Shown in pieces: positions 40,484 to 50,510 of a stretch of 64,000 nt of DNA (within the stretch, counting starts at the first letter, position 1; each line of letters opens with the position of its first letter). Below the pieces are notes generated by a model that had not been told where the DNA came from, did no database searches, and was given only the letters and a program-made list of their open reading frames with translations. Source of the stretch: an uncultured Candidatus Binatia bacterium (GTDB lineage Bacteria; Desulfobacterota; Binatia; UBA9968; CAXXLF01); contig OZ244621.1 of NCBI GenBank assembly GCA_965218425.1, positions 4,395,498 through 4,459,497 on the forward strand, in the 5' to 3' direction. Both the position numbers and the translations under genes were made by a program.

Positions 40484-40696
40484 ATGAAGATTACGGTTGA
40501 TCAAGGTATTTGCGACGGACATGGAAAGTGCGTGGAGGTGGCTCCCAAAGTATTTAAGATGAACGAAAGAATGTGCTCCGAGGTAGCGGATCCCAAAGGG
40601 GATACCGACGAGAAAATCGTGTTTGCTGCCAAGCTCTGCCCAGTCAAAGCCATTTTTCTGGAGGAGGAAGGGACAGGAAAAAGGATTTTTCCGTAA
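40484..40696 (+). CDS. Single-cluster ferredoxin, probably [3Fe-4S]
   Basis: RBS aggagg; CDGHGKC...CPVKAI (CxxHxxC...CP). Confidence 0.9.
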   Translation: MKITVDQGICDGHGKCVEVAPKVFKMNERMCSEVADPKGDTDEKIVFAAKLCPVKAIFLEEEGTGKRIFP

Positions 40697-40710
40697 CCCT
40701 GGAGTGCCAG

Positions 40711-41823
40711 ATGACCTCAGCCCGGTATGTGATCATCGGGGCTGGATTTGCTGGAGCGGCAACCGCCTATCACCTTGCGCGCAGCGGCATACGCGAAATC
40801 GTAGTGGTGGAGCAGGAACGGGTGGCTGGAGTCCATGCCTCCGGACGCAACGCCTCCATGATTCGTCAGATCATTTCCGAGCCTTCCACGGCTTCCCTGG
40901 CCTACGAAGGAGCAGCCTTTTTACGTAGCATTCCCGCCCACTGGCAAGTCCCCGTTTCATTCGAGCAAAACGGATCCCTCCTTCTTGGCGGGGGAGAAAC
41001 TTGGAAAGCTCTGAGCCAAGACGCTGAGGTGGCCAGACAAAGGGGTATTGAGGCGGAATTGTGGACGCCACAGAAGGCAAAGGAATACGTGCCAGTTCTT
41101 AAAGAAGTAAATCTAGACGGGGCGGTTTGGTGTCCCTCAGACGGAGTGGTTGATATTCACGCCCTGCTTACAGGCTACATCAAAGAAGCCATGTCCCTGG
41201 GGGCCGAATTTCGTTACGGCAGCCCCATCCGTGAAATCACCGTCAAGGACCAATGTGTGACGGGCATTGTAGTGGGAAACCAACGGATCGAAACCGAAAA
41301 CGTGGTCAACGCCGCCGGGGCCTGGGCCGGTGTGATCGCGCAAATGGCAGGGGCGGCCAAGGTACCTCTGCGTCCCCTGCGTCGGCATCTATTCGTGACC
41401 CCTCCTCTCTCTTGGGTCGACCCCCGCTGGCCTTTTGTTTGGGACGTATCCCATGACTTCTACTTTAGACCCGACTCCGGCGGCCTGCTCCTTTGCCCAT
41501 GCGACCAGGATGAGATGGAACCGGGCATCCCCCCCATCGATGAATCCAAGATGGAGTCGTTGGCTGACAAGGTCAGGCAGCATTACCCGGACCTTTCCGA
41601 TGTGCCCATCAAGACGTTCTGGGCCGGGCTTAGAACCTTTACGCCGGACGGCCGGTTCGTGGTGGGTTGGGATCACAAGTGCAAAGGCTTCTTCTGGTTG
41701 GCAGGCCTAGGAGGCCATGGCGTCACTACCAGTGCCGCCGTTGGCGCCCTTGCCGCCAAGCTGATACTCAATGAAGGTGGAGAAAGGGCAAAGGAGCTGG
41801 ACCCTAATAGGTTCCAGGCGTAA
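40711..41823 (+). CDS. FAD-dependent oxidoreductase (DAO / sarcosine oxidase beta-like)
   Basis: VIIGAGFAG, ASGRNA, VNAAGAWA, WAGLRTFTPDG, GLGGHG. Confidence 0.92.
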   Translation: MTSARYVIIGAGFAGAATAYHLARSGIREIVVVEQERVAGVHASGRNASMIRQIISEPSTASLAYEGAAFLRSIPAHWQVPVSFEQNGSLLLGGGETWKALSQDAEVARQRGIEAELWTPQKAKEYVPVLKEVNLDGAVWCPSDGVVDIHALLTGYIKEAMSLGAEFRYGSPIREITVKDQCVTGIVVGNQRIETENVVNAAGAWAGVIAQMAGAAKVPLRPLRRHLFVTPPLSWVDPRWPFVWDVSHDFYFRPDSGGLLLCPCDQDEMEPGIPPIDESKMESLADKVRQHYPDLSDVPIKTFWAGLRTFTPDGRFVVGWDHKCKGFFWLAGLGGHGVTTSAAVGALAAKLILNEGGERAKELDPNRFQA

Positions 41824-41857
41824 TCAAGCTATTTGCTTGATCAAATCAGTCTTCTAA

Positions 41858-43087
41858 CTAGGACTGAAATATCACGCTGGCATAACTGCAAACAGAGCCG
41901 GAGCCATCCATCTCACCATGGCTGTGGGATAAAATCTGTCCCTTTTGCACGCCAATGGCCTTGAGGAGAATATAGATGGGAGACAGGCCACAGATACGCC
42001 TCTTGTCCTTTTCCCGGCTAATATATTTCAAGAAACCCTCCCCATCGACTTTCTCCGTATAGGCCAGCATCTCCAGGTCGGCTTGTTTTATTTTTTCCAA
42101 CATTTCTCCTTCAATCCCCTCACGGTCTCCGTAACGAGGCCCCACGTGGGCCAGGTCAGCACTGGCAATCAAACAAACACGCCGGCCCTCTCTGCCCATG
42201 GCGAGTTTGAGGGCTTCTGCAAACCGTTGGATCCTATGCGCCGTCTCCCCCTGAGTTACCATCCAATGGGCGAAGGAGCAGAGGATCGGAACGATCGGAA
42301 CATTGCTCCCAAACAGCATTTGCAGAAACAAGACTTGGAACTCGATGGTATGCTCAGTACGGTGAGCGAACTCATCCACAAAGAGGTCATGGGGATAGAG
42401 GGCGGTAAGAGTCTCCACGAACTCGGAATCCACGGGAAGTGTTCCCAAGGGAGTGCCAAAGGGTTTTCGAGTTAGAGAAAAATGATTCTTGAGACCGTTG
42501 TGCCCCGTACCCAAGATCACCGCGATGTCTGGTCTCTGAGTTTCCGCCAGTTCTTTGTATGCCCAGGCATAGGTATGCCCGCCAAGCCTCAGGTCAATAT
42601 GGGGAACAATCATACCCTGGATGTCCCGTTTACTCCCCGCTTTATTGGGGGAACCTGGACCCTTTGGCTCGGCGAAGAACTTGGATAACGCTTCTTTAAG
42701 TGCAACCGCATCCTTCGGGTAGCCTTGCCCCGCATGAAACGCTTCACGCACATCCGCCCGCTGAAAGGATTCCACCAGGCTGCCGAAGTGGGATTGGTAG
42801 GTTTCGTTGAGCAGGAAGAAGGACTGATCCAACATCTGCACCACCTGTGCCAGGTGACCCCGGGGGAATTCCTGATTCACTCTTTGTTTAAACTCGGCGC
42901 AGGCCTCTTCCAGGGTATGATTCCCATCAAAGAATTGAAGCATGAAAGCAACTTCAAGGGGAAGACAGAGCACATGGGGGCTAATTTGCTGGGGGTCCCT
43001 GAGGCCAAACAGGGGCCTTCCATCTTTTTTTGGCAAAGGAAACACATCGAGATATCTGAGACGTGGACGAAGGTCATTTTCAGCCAT
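41858..43087 (-). CDS. amrB: AmmeMemoRadiSam system protein B (MEMO1 family) with N-terminal extension
   Basis: PHIDL, GTGH, EHTIEFQ, SADLAHVG, ICG. Confidence 0.9.
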   Translation of the reverse strand: MAENDLRPRLRYLDVFPLPKKDGRPLFGLRDPQQISPHVLCLPLEVAFMLQFFDGNHTLEEACAEFKQRVNQEFPRGHLAQVVQMLDQSFFLLNETYQSHFGSLVESFQRADVREAFHAGQGYPKDAVALKEALSKFFAEPKGPGSPNKAGSKRDIQGMIVPHIDLRLGGHTYAWAYKELAETQRPDIAVILGTGHNGLKNHFSLTRKPFGTPLGTLPVDSEFVETLTALYPHDLFVDEFAHRTEHTIEFQVLFLQMLFGSNVPIVPILCSFAHWMVTQGETAHRIQRFAEALKLAMGREGRRVCLIASADLAHVGPRYGDREGIEGEMLEKIKQADLEMLAYTEKVDGEGFLKYISREKDKRRICGLSPIYILLKAIGVQKGQILSHSHGEMDGSGSVCSYASVIFQS

Positions 43088-43095
43088 ATGCCTTC

Positions 43096-43920
43096 CTACT
43101 CCAACCTCACGTTTTTCGTATAGTCATAGCTGGTGGAAACGTCGCTCTCGAAGTGGGAATAGACCCTCTCCCGTTCCAAACTGCCCTTGAGGGTCTTGCC
43201 CAGGAAATCCAGGAGTAATCGCCAGGCGTCCTGGGCGGCCTCCTTGCGGTATCTACCCGGCATGGTGTCGTTCAGCCACCCATGGGGGGCATCTCGGTAA
43301 AGACGGATGTGATAGGTTTTTTTAAACTGTTCCAACAGGCCGCGGAAGCGAAGCACGTCGTCAATTGAAATAATATGATCTGCCTCGCCAAAGATTCCCA
43401 ACAATGGACAGGATAGCCGTTCCACTAGACTGCTAATGCTTTCGGGTCGGTGCTCGTTGGTTTGCCATTCTCTGCGTCCCACCGCCCCATAAACCACCAC
43501 GCACCCGGAGATATCCAACCGATGGGCCGCAAACAACAACGAGGAGCGTCCCGTTTGACAAACCCCCACCACACTGATTCTCGAAGCGTCCACCGCCTGA
43601 AGTTTCTTTAAATAATCCACCGATTCGCTCAGGTCATCCATGACCTCATCGTCCCGTAGCTCTACCCTCGCATCACCCCGCTCCAAGGCCTTTCGATCAC
43701 CGGTGAAACGCGATAGAAGATCCGGGGCAAGTCCTACATATCCCGCTTGAGCCAGTCTGAAGGCCAGGTCCTTAGTATGCTGCTGGACACCATAGCGCTC
43801 GTGAAGAAAGATCACCGCGGGCCTCTTTCCCTTAACTTTAGGCACAGAACGAAAGGCAGGTATCCCGAAACCAATGCGGACCATGGAAGACTGAACCTTT
43901 GCTGTATTCCATCCCGGCAT
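43096..43920 (-). CDS. Dienelactone hydrolase family protein
   Basis: HERYG, GVCQTG nucleophile elbow, GEAD, APHGW. Confidence 0.9.
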   Translation of the reverse strand: MPGWNTAKVQSSMVRIGFGIPAFRSVPKVKGKRPAVIFLHERYGVQQHTKDLAFRLAQAGYVGLAPDLLSRFTGDRKALERGDARVELRDDEVMDDLSESVDYLKKLQAVDASRISVVGVCQTGRSSLLFAAHRLDISGCVVVYGAVGRREWQTNEHRPESISSLVERLSCPLLGIFGEADHIISIDDVLRFRGLLEQFKKTYHIRLYRDAPHGWLNDTMPGRYRKEAAQDAWRLLLDFLGKTLKGSLERERVYSHFESDVSTSYDYTKNVRLE

Positions 43921-44306
43921 ACGAAACGGAAGCGTAATGGATTATAATTTTGGGGTCAAACAAATGTTGCTGAGCGAAAGGGGGGATAGCTCAAAAGCAA
44001 AGACTTGCAGAACCCAGCAAGAAGTGGACAGTAAAACGAGTATTGAGGGTTAAGTATGTTGGAGAGCCATTTCGGATACTCAGTCCTCAGCACTCATTGT
44101 GGACTGACAAAAATAATTGGAAATGAGTTGAGCTGGGTTTTTCTGAGCAGATCTGAGTTGAAACCCTTGTTTTTCAGTGGTTTGAACGCTCGCCCGGTCC
44201 CGAATTCGGAACAAAAGAAATAACTGGAAATCCGGCCTGAAGCTGTGGATAAGTGGCTGTTAAAGGCTGTTTTTCCGGCTATTGGGGGGGAATTTTTCGA
44301 AAGCCG

Positions 44307-44752
44307 CTATTTCTTGTTCCGGGCGGCCTCGTCGATCTTGTCGGCCTCGTCGGCGGCGAACTCCTCGTCGGACACGTTTGGATCGCGCTCGCCGAAACAT
44401 CCGACTAAGCCGTCCGGTTCCGGCAGTGTCATGTCCACATCCTTGAGCGAATCGGGCAGGATGCCTTCGGACGGATCTTGCAGTCCGAACGTATAGAGCA
44501 GGGTCATGAAATCGGCGGGGTCGTGGCCTGGATCGCGCAGCTCGAAGGGGGCCATTGGTAAAGCTGGACGAGCACATGCCAGCTTTTGAGTGTTTTGTTG
44601 AGAAAAGGCACCCAGCTATGATCCCCGCTGACCGTGGCGGCCACGTCGTCCCAGATCACGGTCCTCAGCTCGCCGCCGGGCGTCGGCTCATCAATGGGAG
44701 TATTATCGCTCCCCCAGCCCCAATCCGGATATTTGATGTGGTGTCGAGCCAT
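44307..44752 (-). pseudogene. Acidic hypothetical protein split by a frameshift in a C-run
   Basis: ORF 44504-44758 joins 44307-44555 at tggcccccttcgag (about 44550). Confidence 0.4.
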
Positions 44753-44899
44753 CGTCACGGATTGTACTTAAAAAGCACGCCGATAATCAAGGCCAGCACT
44801 CATCACTCCTTGCTCTGTTTGGTGCAAGCCCCCTTCGTCCTCGGACAATTAGCCACAGCAATAACCTCAGGTGGGCTGAAGGCACTCCCTGAGTAAAAT

Positions 44900-45115
44900 A
44901 TGGACGGAGCAAGAGCCTTTCGAGGCCAGGGGGCTTTTCTCAACAGAGAAAGGATTCAAATGACGAAGGAAGGAAACATAGGAAAAGCCCTCCTGGCCAC
45001 GGGTTTTCCCTACAACCGAAGGCAAAAGGTGGATTCTTTATCTGGTCTGATCCACGATTCGATGCTACAAATCATGCAAAAGAACAGGCATGTTGACTCA
45101 CCCCAGGGGGATTGA
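44900..45115 (+). pseudogene. Inositol monophosphatase (SuhB-like) internal fragment
   Basis: AFRGQGAFLNRERIQ...ALLATGFPY. Confidence 0.65.
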
Positions 45116-45129
45116 TAAAAGACTCTCGG

Positions 45130-45201
45130 GCGCCCGTAGTGAAAAGGATATCACGAGGGTCTCCGGAACCCTAAGTCCGAGTTCGACTCTCGGCGGGCGC
45201 A
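45130..45201 (+). tRNA. tRNA-Arg(CCG)
   Basis: Acceptor GCGCCCG/CGGGCGC, D arm GTGA/TCAC, anticodon arm AGGGT-CTCCGGA-ACCCT, T arm CCGAG-TTCGACT-CTCGG. CCA not encoded. Confidence 0.95.
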
Positions 45202-45292
45202 AATACCCTACATTACAGGGGAAACTACCAAATTTTTATACCCAAAAATGGTCGTTGTGACCATTTTGTAGCCGAGAGTCGGAAAATCCCCG

Positions 45293-47194
45293 GTGGCTCA
45301 GCTGACCTGCCCCCAGGAGTGGTACCACCCTTTAAGTTAGAGCCGGAATTATCTGGAGTCCAGCCCATGGGGATGAATTCCCAGCCTGCGCTCTGGGCAG
45401 AAAGGCCTCCGGTGCCGGAGAACGATAGCCCAGGGCGCTGTGAGGCCGCCGCTGGTTATACTCTCTTCTCCATCTTTCGATCAGCACCTGAGCTTCCCTC
45501 AGGGTTTCAAACACCTCCCGGTTGAGCAGCTCATCCCTGAGTTTTCCGTTAAAACTCTCCACGTAGCCATTCTCCCAAGGACTGCCAGGCTCGATGTAGA
45601 GTGTCCTGACACCAATGGCCTTGAGCCAGTCCCGGATAGCCTGAGCCGTAAACTCGGGGCCATTGTCGGACCGAAGGGACTGCGGCACGCCCCGTTCCAC
45701 GAATAGCTCCGCTAACCGTTCCAGCACATCCCGGTGATTCATCCGTCTGGCCACATCAATCGCCAAGCACTCCCGGGTGTATTCATCCAGGATGCTCAAC
45801 AGCCGAAAGGCCCGACCGTCTTCGGTTCGCTCGTGCACGAAGTCATAACTCCACACATGGTTTCGATGCGCCGGTCTCAGGCGAATGCAGGAGCCATCAG
45901 TCAACCGGAGCCTCCCTCGCTTAGGCTGACGGCTGAGGACTTTCAGCCCTTCCTGCCTCCAGAGCCTCTCCACTCGCTTGTGGTTGACCTTCCACCCCTC
46001 CCCACGCAGCATGGCCGTAATCCTCCGGTAGCCGTATCGCCCGTATTCGCTGGCCAGCTCCATCATCCGAGCCACTAGTCTTGCTTCCTCTTCCGGGATC
46101 TCTCGGACTCTTCGTTGCGTCGATCGCGGCTGTCCCAACACTTGGCAAGCCCGGCGTTCGGAGACTCGATCAGGTCCCAATCTTTCTCTGGCCCATATCA
46201 CCGCTCGTCTCCTCTTCGCCGGGCCTAGAAGTTTCCCGAGGACACTTCCTTCAGGATCTGGTTGTCCAGCGATAGATCCGCCACCAGCTTCTTCAACCGC
46301 GCATTCTCCTTGTCCAAGGCCTTGAGCCTCTTGGCCTGATCCATCTTCAGGCCTCCATATTCCTTCCTCCACCGGTAGTAGGTCTGCACGGTTACCCCCA
46401 CCTGCTTGCACACCTAGCCCACCGCCTTCCCTTGGGCCAAGCTCACCTCCGCCTCACGCAGCTTGAGGATAATCTGCTCGGCCGTAAATCGCTTTCTTGC
46501 CATCCTTGCCTCCTTCCTAAAATCAAAATCCCTAACATTTCACCTGGACTCGTTTTAGGGGGCAAGGTCACAGCAGCGTGTAGACATTCAGCTTCACACG
46601 TTCCGCTCTCCCAGGTTCGAGAGCGTAGTTGAAGAAGCTATCAATTTCTTCAACAAGACGCCACTTCATTCACTACCACCAGCAGATAGATTCACCAGCG
46701 GTGGTGTTTATGCGCTGTATTATTCCGGTAACTTTAGGCTCTACAGTCACATTGCTGCGTCGAATCGCCGGCAAAAAAGCCCACAACCAATTTACGTTGG
46801 GAAAGCAGTCCCGCCAGGATGGAGAACCGCTAGGGCGGCAAACGCAACCGAAGCGTCCACATTATTTGGACGGTTACGTGAACATGCTCGCAACATTGAT
46901 CAGGCGAATAATCTGGATGCCTCGGATTTTTACACCAGGTTCATGGTCCTAAAAGGACTTGAGAGCGACCTAGTTATACCGGTAGAAGCCGAATTAATCC
47001 GGCGATACAAGCCGCTTTGGAACACCTTCGTAGATGGTTTTGGGAATCACGACCCAGGTCAGGGACGATATAATCAGGCTCGCTCTGAATGGGATGTGTT
47101 ACATGCCGGCCGGCCTTGGGCAGATCGACTTACCGGGTCTTCCCCGCAGATGAAAGACATAGTTAAAAAAATAACACAGTCCAAAAAGACTTAA
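45293..47194 (+). pseudogene. Eco29kI/Cfr42I-family GIY-YIG restriction endonuclease, interrupted at codons 3-4 by IS3
   Basis: GTG GCT CAG C | IS | then an open frame 46571-47194: GVYALYY...IYVGKA...RLREH...EAELIRRYKPLWN...GFGNHDPG. Confidence 0.88.
45303..46570 (-). mobile_element. IS3-family element, copy 1 (1268 bp), orfA Q30 changed to TAG
   Basis: TG...CA inverted repeats, target duplication CAGC, GGGAAAC frameshift site, TAG at 46414-46416. Confidence 0.95.
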
Positions 47195-48552
47195 CGCTTT
47201 TCTAGCTCTACAACGGCTTCATAGAGCTGGGCGGACTTCTTCGCTCGCTCGACCCGAACCTCTGATTGAATAATGCTATTACCAACGCGAGTAGCACGAG
47301 GGATATGTATATCTACCAGCTTCAGGCCTGCTGATTGGGCTATTTCGCCAAGGTACTGATCAGTCGGAATCATTACCCCTTGTAGAATACTGTTGCCAAT
47401 TACAACTAACGCCGTACCTCCCCGTTTGAGGACGTACTTGGCTTGCTTGGAAAACCGAAGGCAATCGTTAAAGTAAGAAGCAGCATAGTTAGCCCACCCG
47501 CTACCGCCATACACGCCCTTTTCTGCATGTAATTGACGAAGTTTCTTTAGGTGTTCACGTATCGCGGAGCCTTGGATCTTAGACTCCAAGTTAACGCATT
47601 CGAGGTCTCGAACTGTTTGCCAAAACTTCCCAAAGTTTGCTTCTTCCAGCGGTCTCATATCATCCGGACACTTGGCAAGCCCGAGCCAATAAAGATGAGG
47701 CCGGGTGTTGCGGTTGTAGTGATAATTGTTGAGATACGGCGGCGAGGTAATCAGTAAATCAACGCTCCCCGGGGGCACCTTCCCTTTAGACAGGAAAAAG
47801 GATTTCCTGAATACTTTCCATTTAGGTATCCTTCCGGGTAGCTTGGACTGGACCAGTGTAATGTCTTCCGCCATCTCGAAGAGTTTTTCTAGTATAGACT
47901 CAGAAACAGGAAAGTCTTCTATATTGTCCCGTCCTGCACTCTTTCGCTGACCCAAGCTGGGCTCGTATGAATAATTAGAGTAGCTTACCATCGTTGCGGC
48001 AAAAGCGAGCCGGAACAAGTCACGGACTGAGGCGTCTTCGACACTTGTTATAAAATCTTGAAGGATCAGAACCTTTCGTAGAACCTTTTCGCTGTAAAAT
48101 GTGCCTCTGGTATGAAAGCCCGGGGGCGGTGTACTTTTCGGTTGATAGTTCCCATATACGTTTTTTGCATAGAATTCTTTAAACTGTGAGACATGACGAA
48201 GTAAAAGGTCAACATCCAGCCGGAAGGCGCTGAGTTTTGTACGGCAAGCCAAAGCCGCATAGGGGTTGATCTCAAAGCCGATTGCCTGGTGACCTGCCAA
48301 TACCGACTCAACCAAGGAGGTCCCTACCCCTGCGAAGGGGTCTAGAACAACCCCTTTCTTGTGTAAATGACTCTCTAAGGCACCTTTGACGAATTCACTA
48401 GAAAAGCCCGCAATCCACGGAACCCACCTGTGCAAAGGAACGGTTTTGTTGCTTGTAAAAGCCGGATCCTTGAAACCCGTCCCGTTGTTGTTGCGATGTA
48501 CCTCCCTCTTAGTAGGGGGGAGATCCAGCAATGAAAGCTGGGTGCCTGACAC
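47191..48552 (-). CDS. DNA methyltransferase, probably N4-cytosine (alpha motif order)
   Basis: VLDPFAGVGTS followed by ITSPPY; convergent with the endonuclease and overlapping it by 4 nt. Confidence 0.9.
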   Translation of the reverse strand: MSGTQLSLLDLPPTKREVHRNNNGTGFKDPAFTSNKTVPLHRWVPWIAGFSSEFVKGALESHLHKKGVVLDPFAGVGTSLVESVLAGHQAIGFEINPYAALACRTKLSAFRLDVDLLLRHVSQFKEFYAKNVYGNYQPKSTPPPGFHTRGTFYSEKVLRKVLILQDFITSVEDASVRDLFRLAFAATMVSYSNYSYEPSLGQRKSAGRDNIEDFPVSESILEKLFEMAEDITLVQSKLPGRIPKWKVFRKSFFLSKGKVPPGSVDLLITSPPYLNNYHYNRNTRPHLYWLGLAKCPDDMRPLEEANFGKFWQTVRDLECVNLESKIQGSAIREHLKKLRQLHAEKGVYGGSGWANYAASYFNDCLRFSKQAKYVLKRGGTALVVIGNSILQGVMIPTDQYLGEIAQSAGLKLVDIHIPRATRVGNSIIQSEVRVERAKKSAQLYEAVVELEKR

Positions 48553-48707
48553 GAGCCGTTATCCTTTCTAGATTTTTTTTACCGGGGTACACTCGGTAGT
48601 TGCTGAGCGGTTATCCAGATGTACCAAGCTCCTCAGCCGCCTGGATGTTTTAGAATCCTGTTTAAATGAGGGTTAAATATAAAGGATTCAACGACTCAAG
48701 GTCAAGG

Positions 48708-49975
48708 TGACCTTGCCCCCTAAAACGAGTCCAGGTGAAATGTTAGGGATTTTGATTTTAGGAAGGAGGCAAGGATGGCAAGAAAGCGATTTACGGCCGA
48801 GCAGATTATCCTCAAGCTGCGTGAGGCGGAGGTGAGCTTGGCCCAAGGGAAGGCGGTGGGCCAGGTGTGCAAGCAGGTGGGGGTAACCGTGCAGACCTAC
48901 TACCGGTGGAGGAAGGAATATGGAGGCCTGAAGATGGATCAGGCCAAGAGGCTCAAGGCCTTGGACAAGGAGAATGCGCGGTTGAAGAAGCTGGTGGCGG
49001 ATCTATCGCTGGACAACCAGATCCTGAAGGAAGTGTCCTCGGGAAACTTCTAGGCCCGGCGAAGAGGAGACGAGCGGTGATATGGGCCAGAGAAAGATTG
49101 GGACCTGATCGAGTCTCCGAACGCCGGGCTTGCCAAGTGTTGGGACAGCCGCGATCGACGCAACGAAGAGTCCGAGAGATCCCGGAAGAGGAAGCAAGAC
49201 TAGTGGCTCGGATGATGGAGCTGGCCAGCGAATACGGGCGATACGGCTACCGGAGGATTACGGCCATGCTGCGTGGGGAGGGGTGGAAGGTCAACCACAA
49301 GCGAGTGGAGAGGCTCTGGAGGCAGGAAGGGCTGAAAGTCCTCAGCCGTCAGCCTAAGCGAGGGAGGCTCCGGTTGACTGATGGCTCCTGCATTCGCCTG
49401 AGACCGGCGCATCGAAACCATGTGTGGAGTTATGACTTCGTGCACGAGCGAACCGAAGACGGTCGGGCCTTTCGGCTGTTGAGCATCCTGGATGAATACA
49501 CCCGGGAGTGCTTGGCGATTGATGTGGCCAGACGGATGAATCACCGGGATGTGCTGGAACGGTTAGCGGAGCTATTCGTGGAACGGGGCGTGCCGCAGTC
49601 CCTTCGGTCCGACAATGGCCCCGAGTTTACGGCTCAGGCTATCCGGGACTGGCTCAAGGCCATTGGTGTCAGGACACTCTACATCGAGCCTGGCAGTCCT
49701 TGGGAGAATGGCTACGTGGAGAGTTTTAACGGAAAACTCAGGGATGAGCTGCTCAACCGGGAGGTGTTTGAAACCCTGAGGGAAGCTCAGGTGCTGATCG
49801 AAAGATGGAGAAGAGAGTATAACCAGCGGCGGCCTCACAGCGCCCTGGGCTATCGTTCTCCGGCACCGGAGGCCTTTCTGCCCAGAGCGCAGGCTGGGAA
49901 TTCATCCCCATGGGCTGGACTCCAGATAATTCCGGCTCTAACTTAAAGGGTGGTACCACTCCTGGGGGCAGGTCA
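48708..49975 (+). mobile_element. IS3-family element, copy 2 (1268 bp), apparently intact
   Basis: Target duplication AAGG; orfA 48775-49053; orfB to 49946 with WSYDF / SDNGPEF / NGYVESFN. Confidence 0.97.
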
Positions 49976-50066
49976 AAGGAGATTTGGCGTTCCGCCTCCA
50001 AATTTCAGGATTGAAAAAGACGCACTTAAGGATTAAAAGTCACTAACAAACCCAAGAGGTCGAATC

Positions 50067-50261
50067 ATGGCAGAAACAATCTTCTGGTGGACCTTCCTGT
50101 TTGCCTGCATTTTCGCCTTTTTCTTCGGCTACGGGATAGTTGAGAATCTGATCCGTAGGTGGGCTAGTAGAGGGCGATCAAGGAAGCAGAGAAACGCTCC
50201 AAGAATAGCCAACAGTCCGGACCCCAGGGGAAACGGACATGCGGACTCGATGCTTCATTAA
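50067..50261 (+). CDS. Small hypothetical membrane protein
   Basis: RBS gagg, one TM segment followed by a basic tail. Confidence 0.4.
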   Translation: MAETIFWWTFLFACIFAFFFGYGIVENLIRRWASRGRSRKQRNAPRIANSPDPRGNGHADSMLH

Positions 50262-50427
50262 AAGTCCTCATCCGGGCCAAAAGTGATGGCAGATAGTAAT
50301 AAAAACAGGACGAAACAACCCTCGGATAATAAACTCTACAATTCATTTCTTTCGTACGCCGAGTTTGCCATATCAACTCTAGGCAAGCAGCACACTCTTG
50401 GCTTTTCGTCGACCATTCCCACACACT

Positions 50428-50456
50428 AAAAGCGCCCTACACGGCGCTTTTTTTCT
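50428..50456. terminator. Probable intrinsic terminator
   Basis: aaaagcgcc-ctacac-ggcgctttttttct. Confidence 0.65.
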
Positions 50457-50510
50457 GTGCTTAAGGATTGTACTGCGGTCCTACGGCGGGGACGATTTCG
50501 CAAAGGCTTA

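Noticed and set aside
45303..49975. Composite transposon carrying the restriction-modification system
   Set aside because: Each IS copy has its own target duplication (CAGC, AAGG) and copy 1 interrupts the endonuclease, so the insertions are independent.
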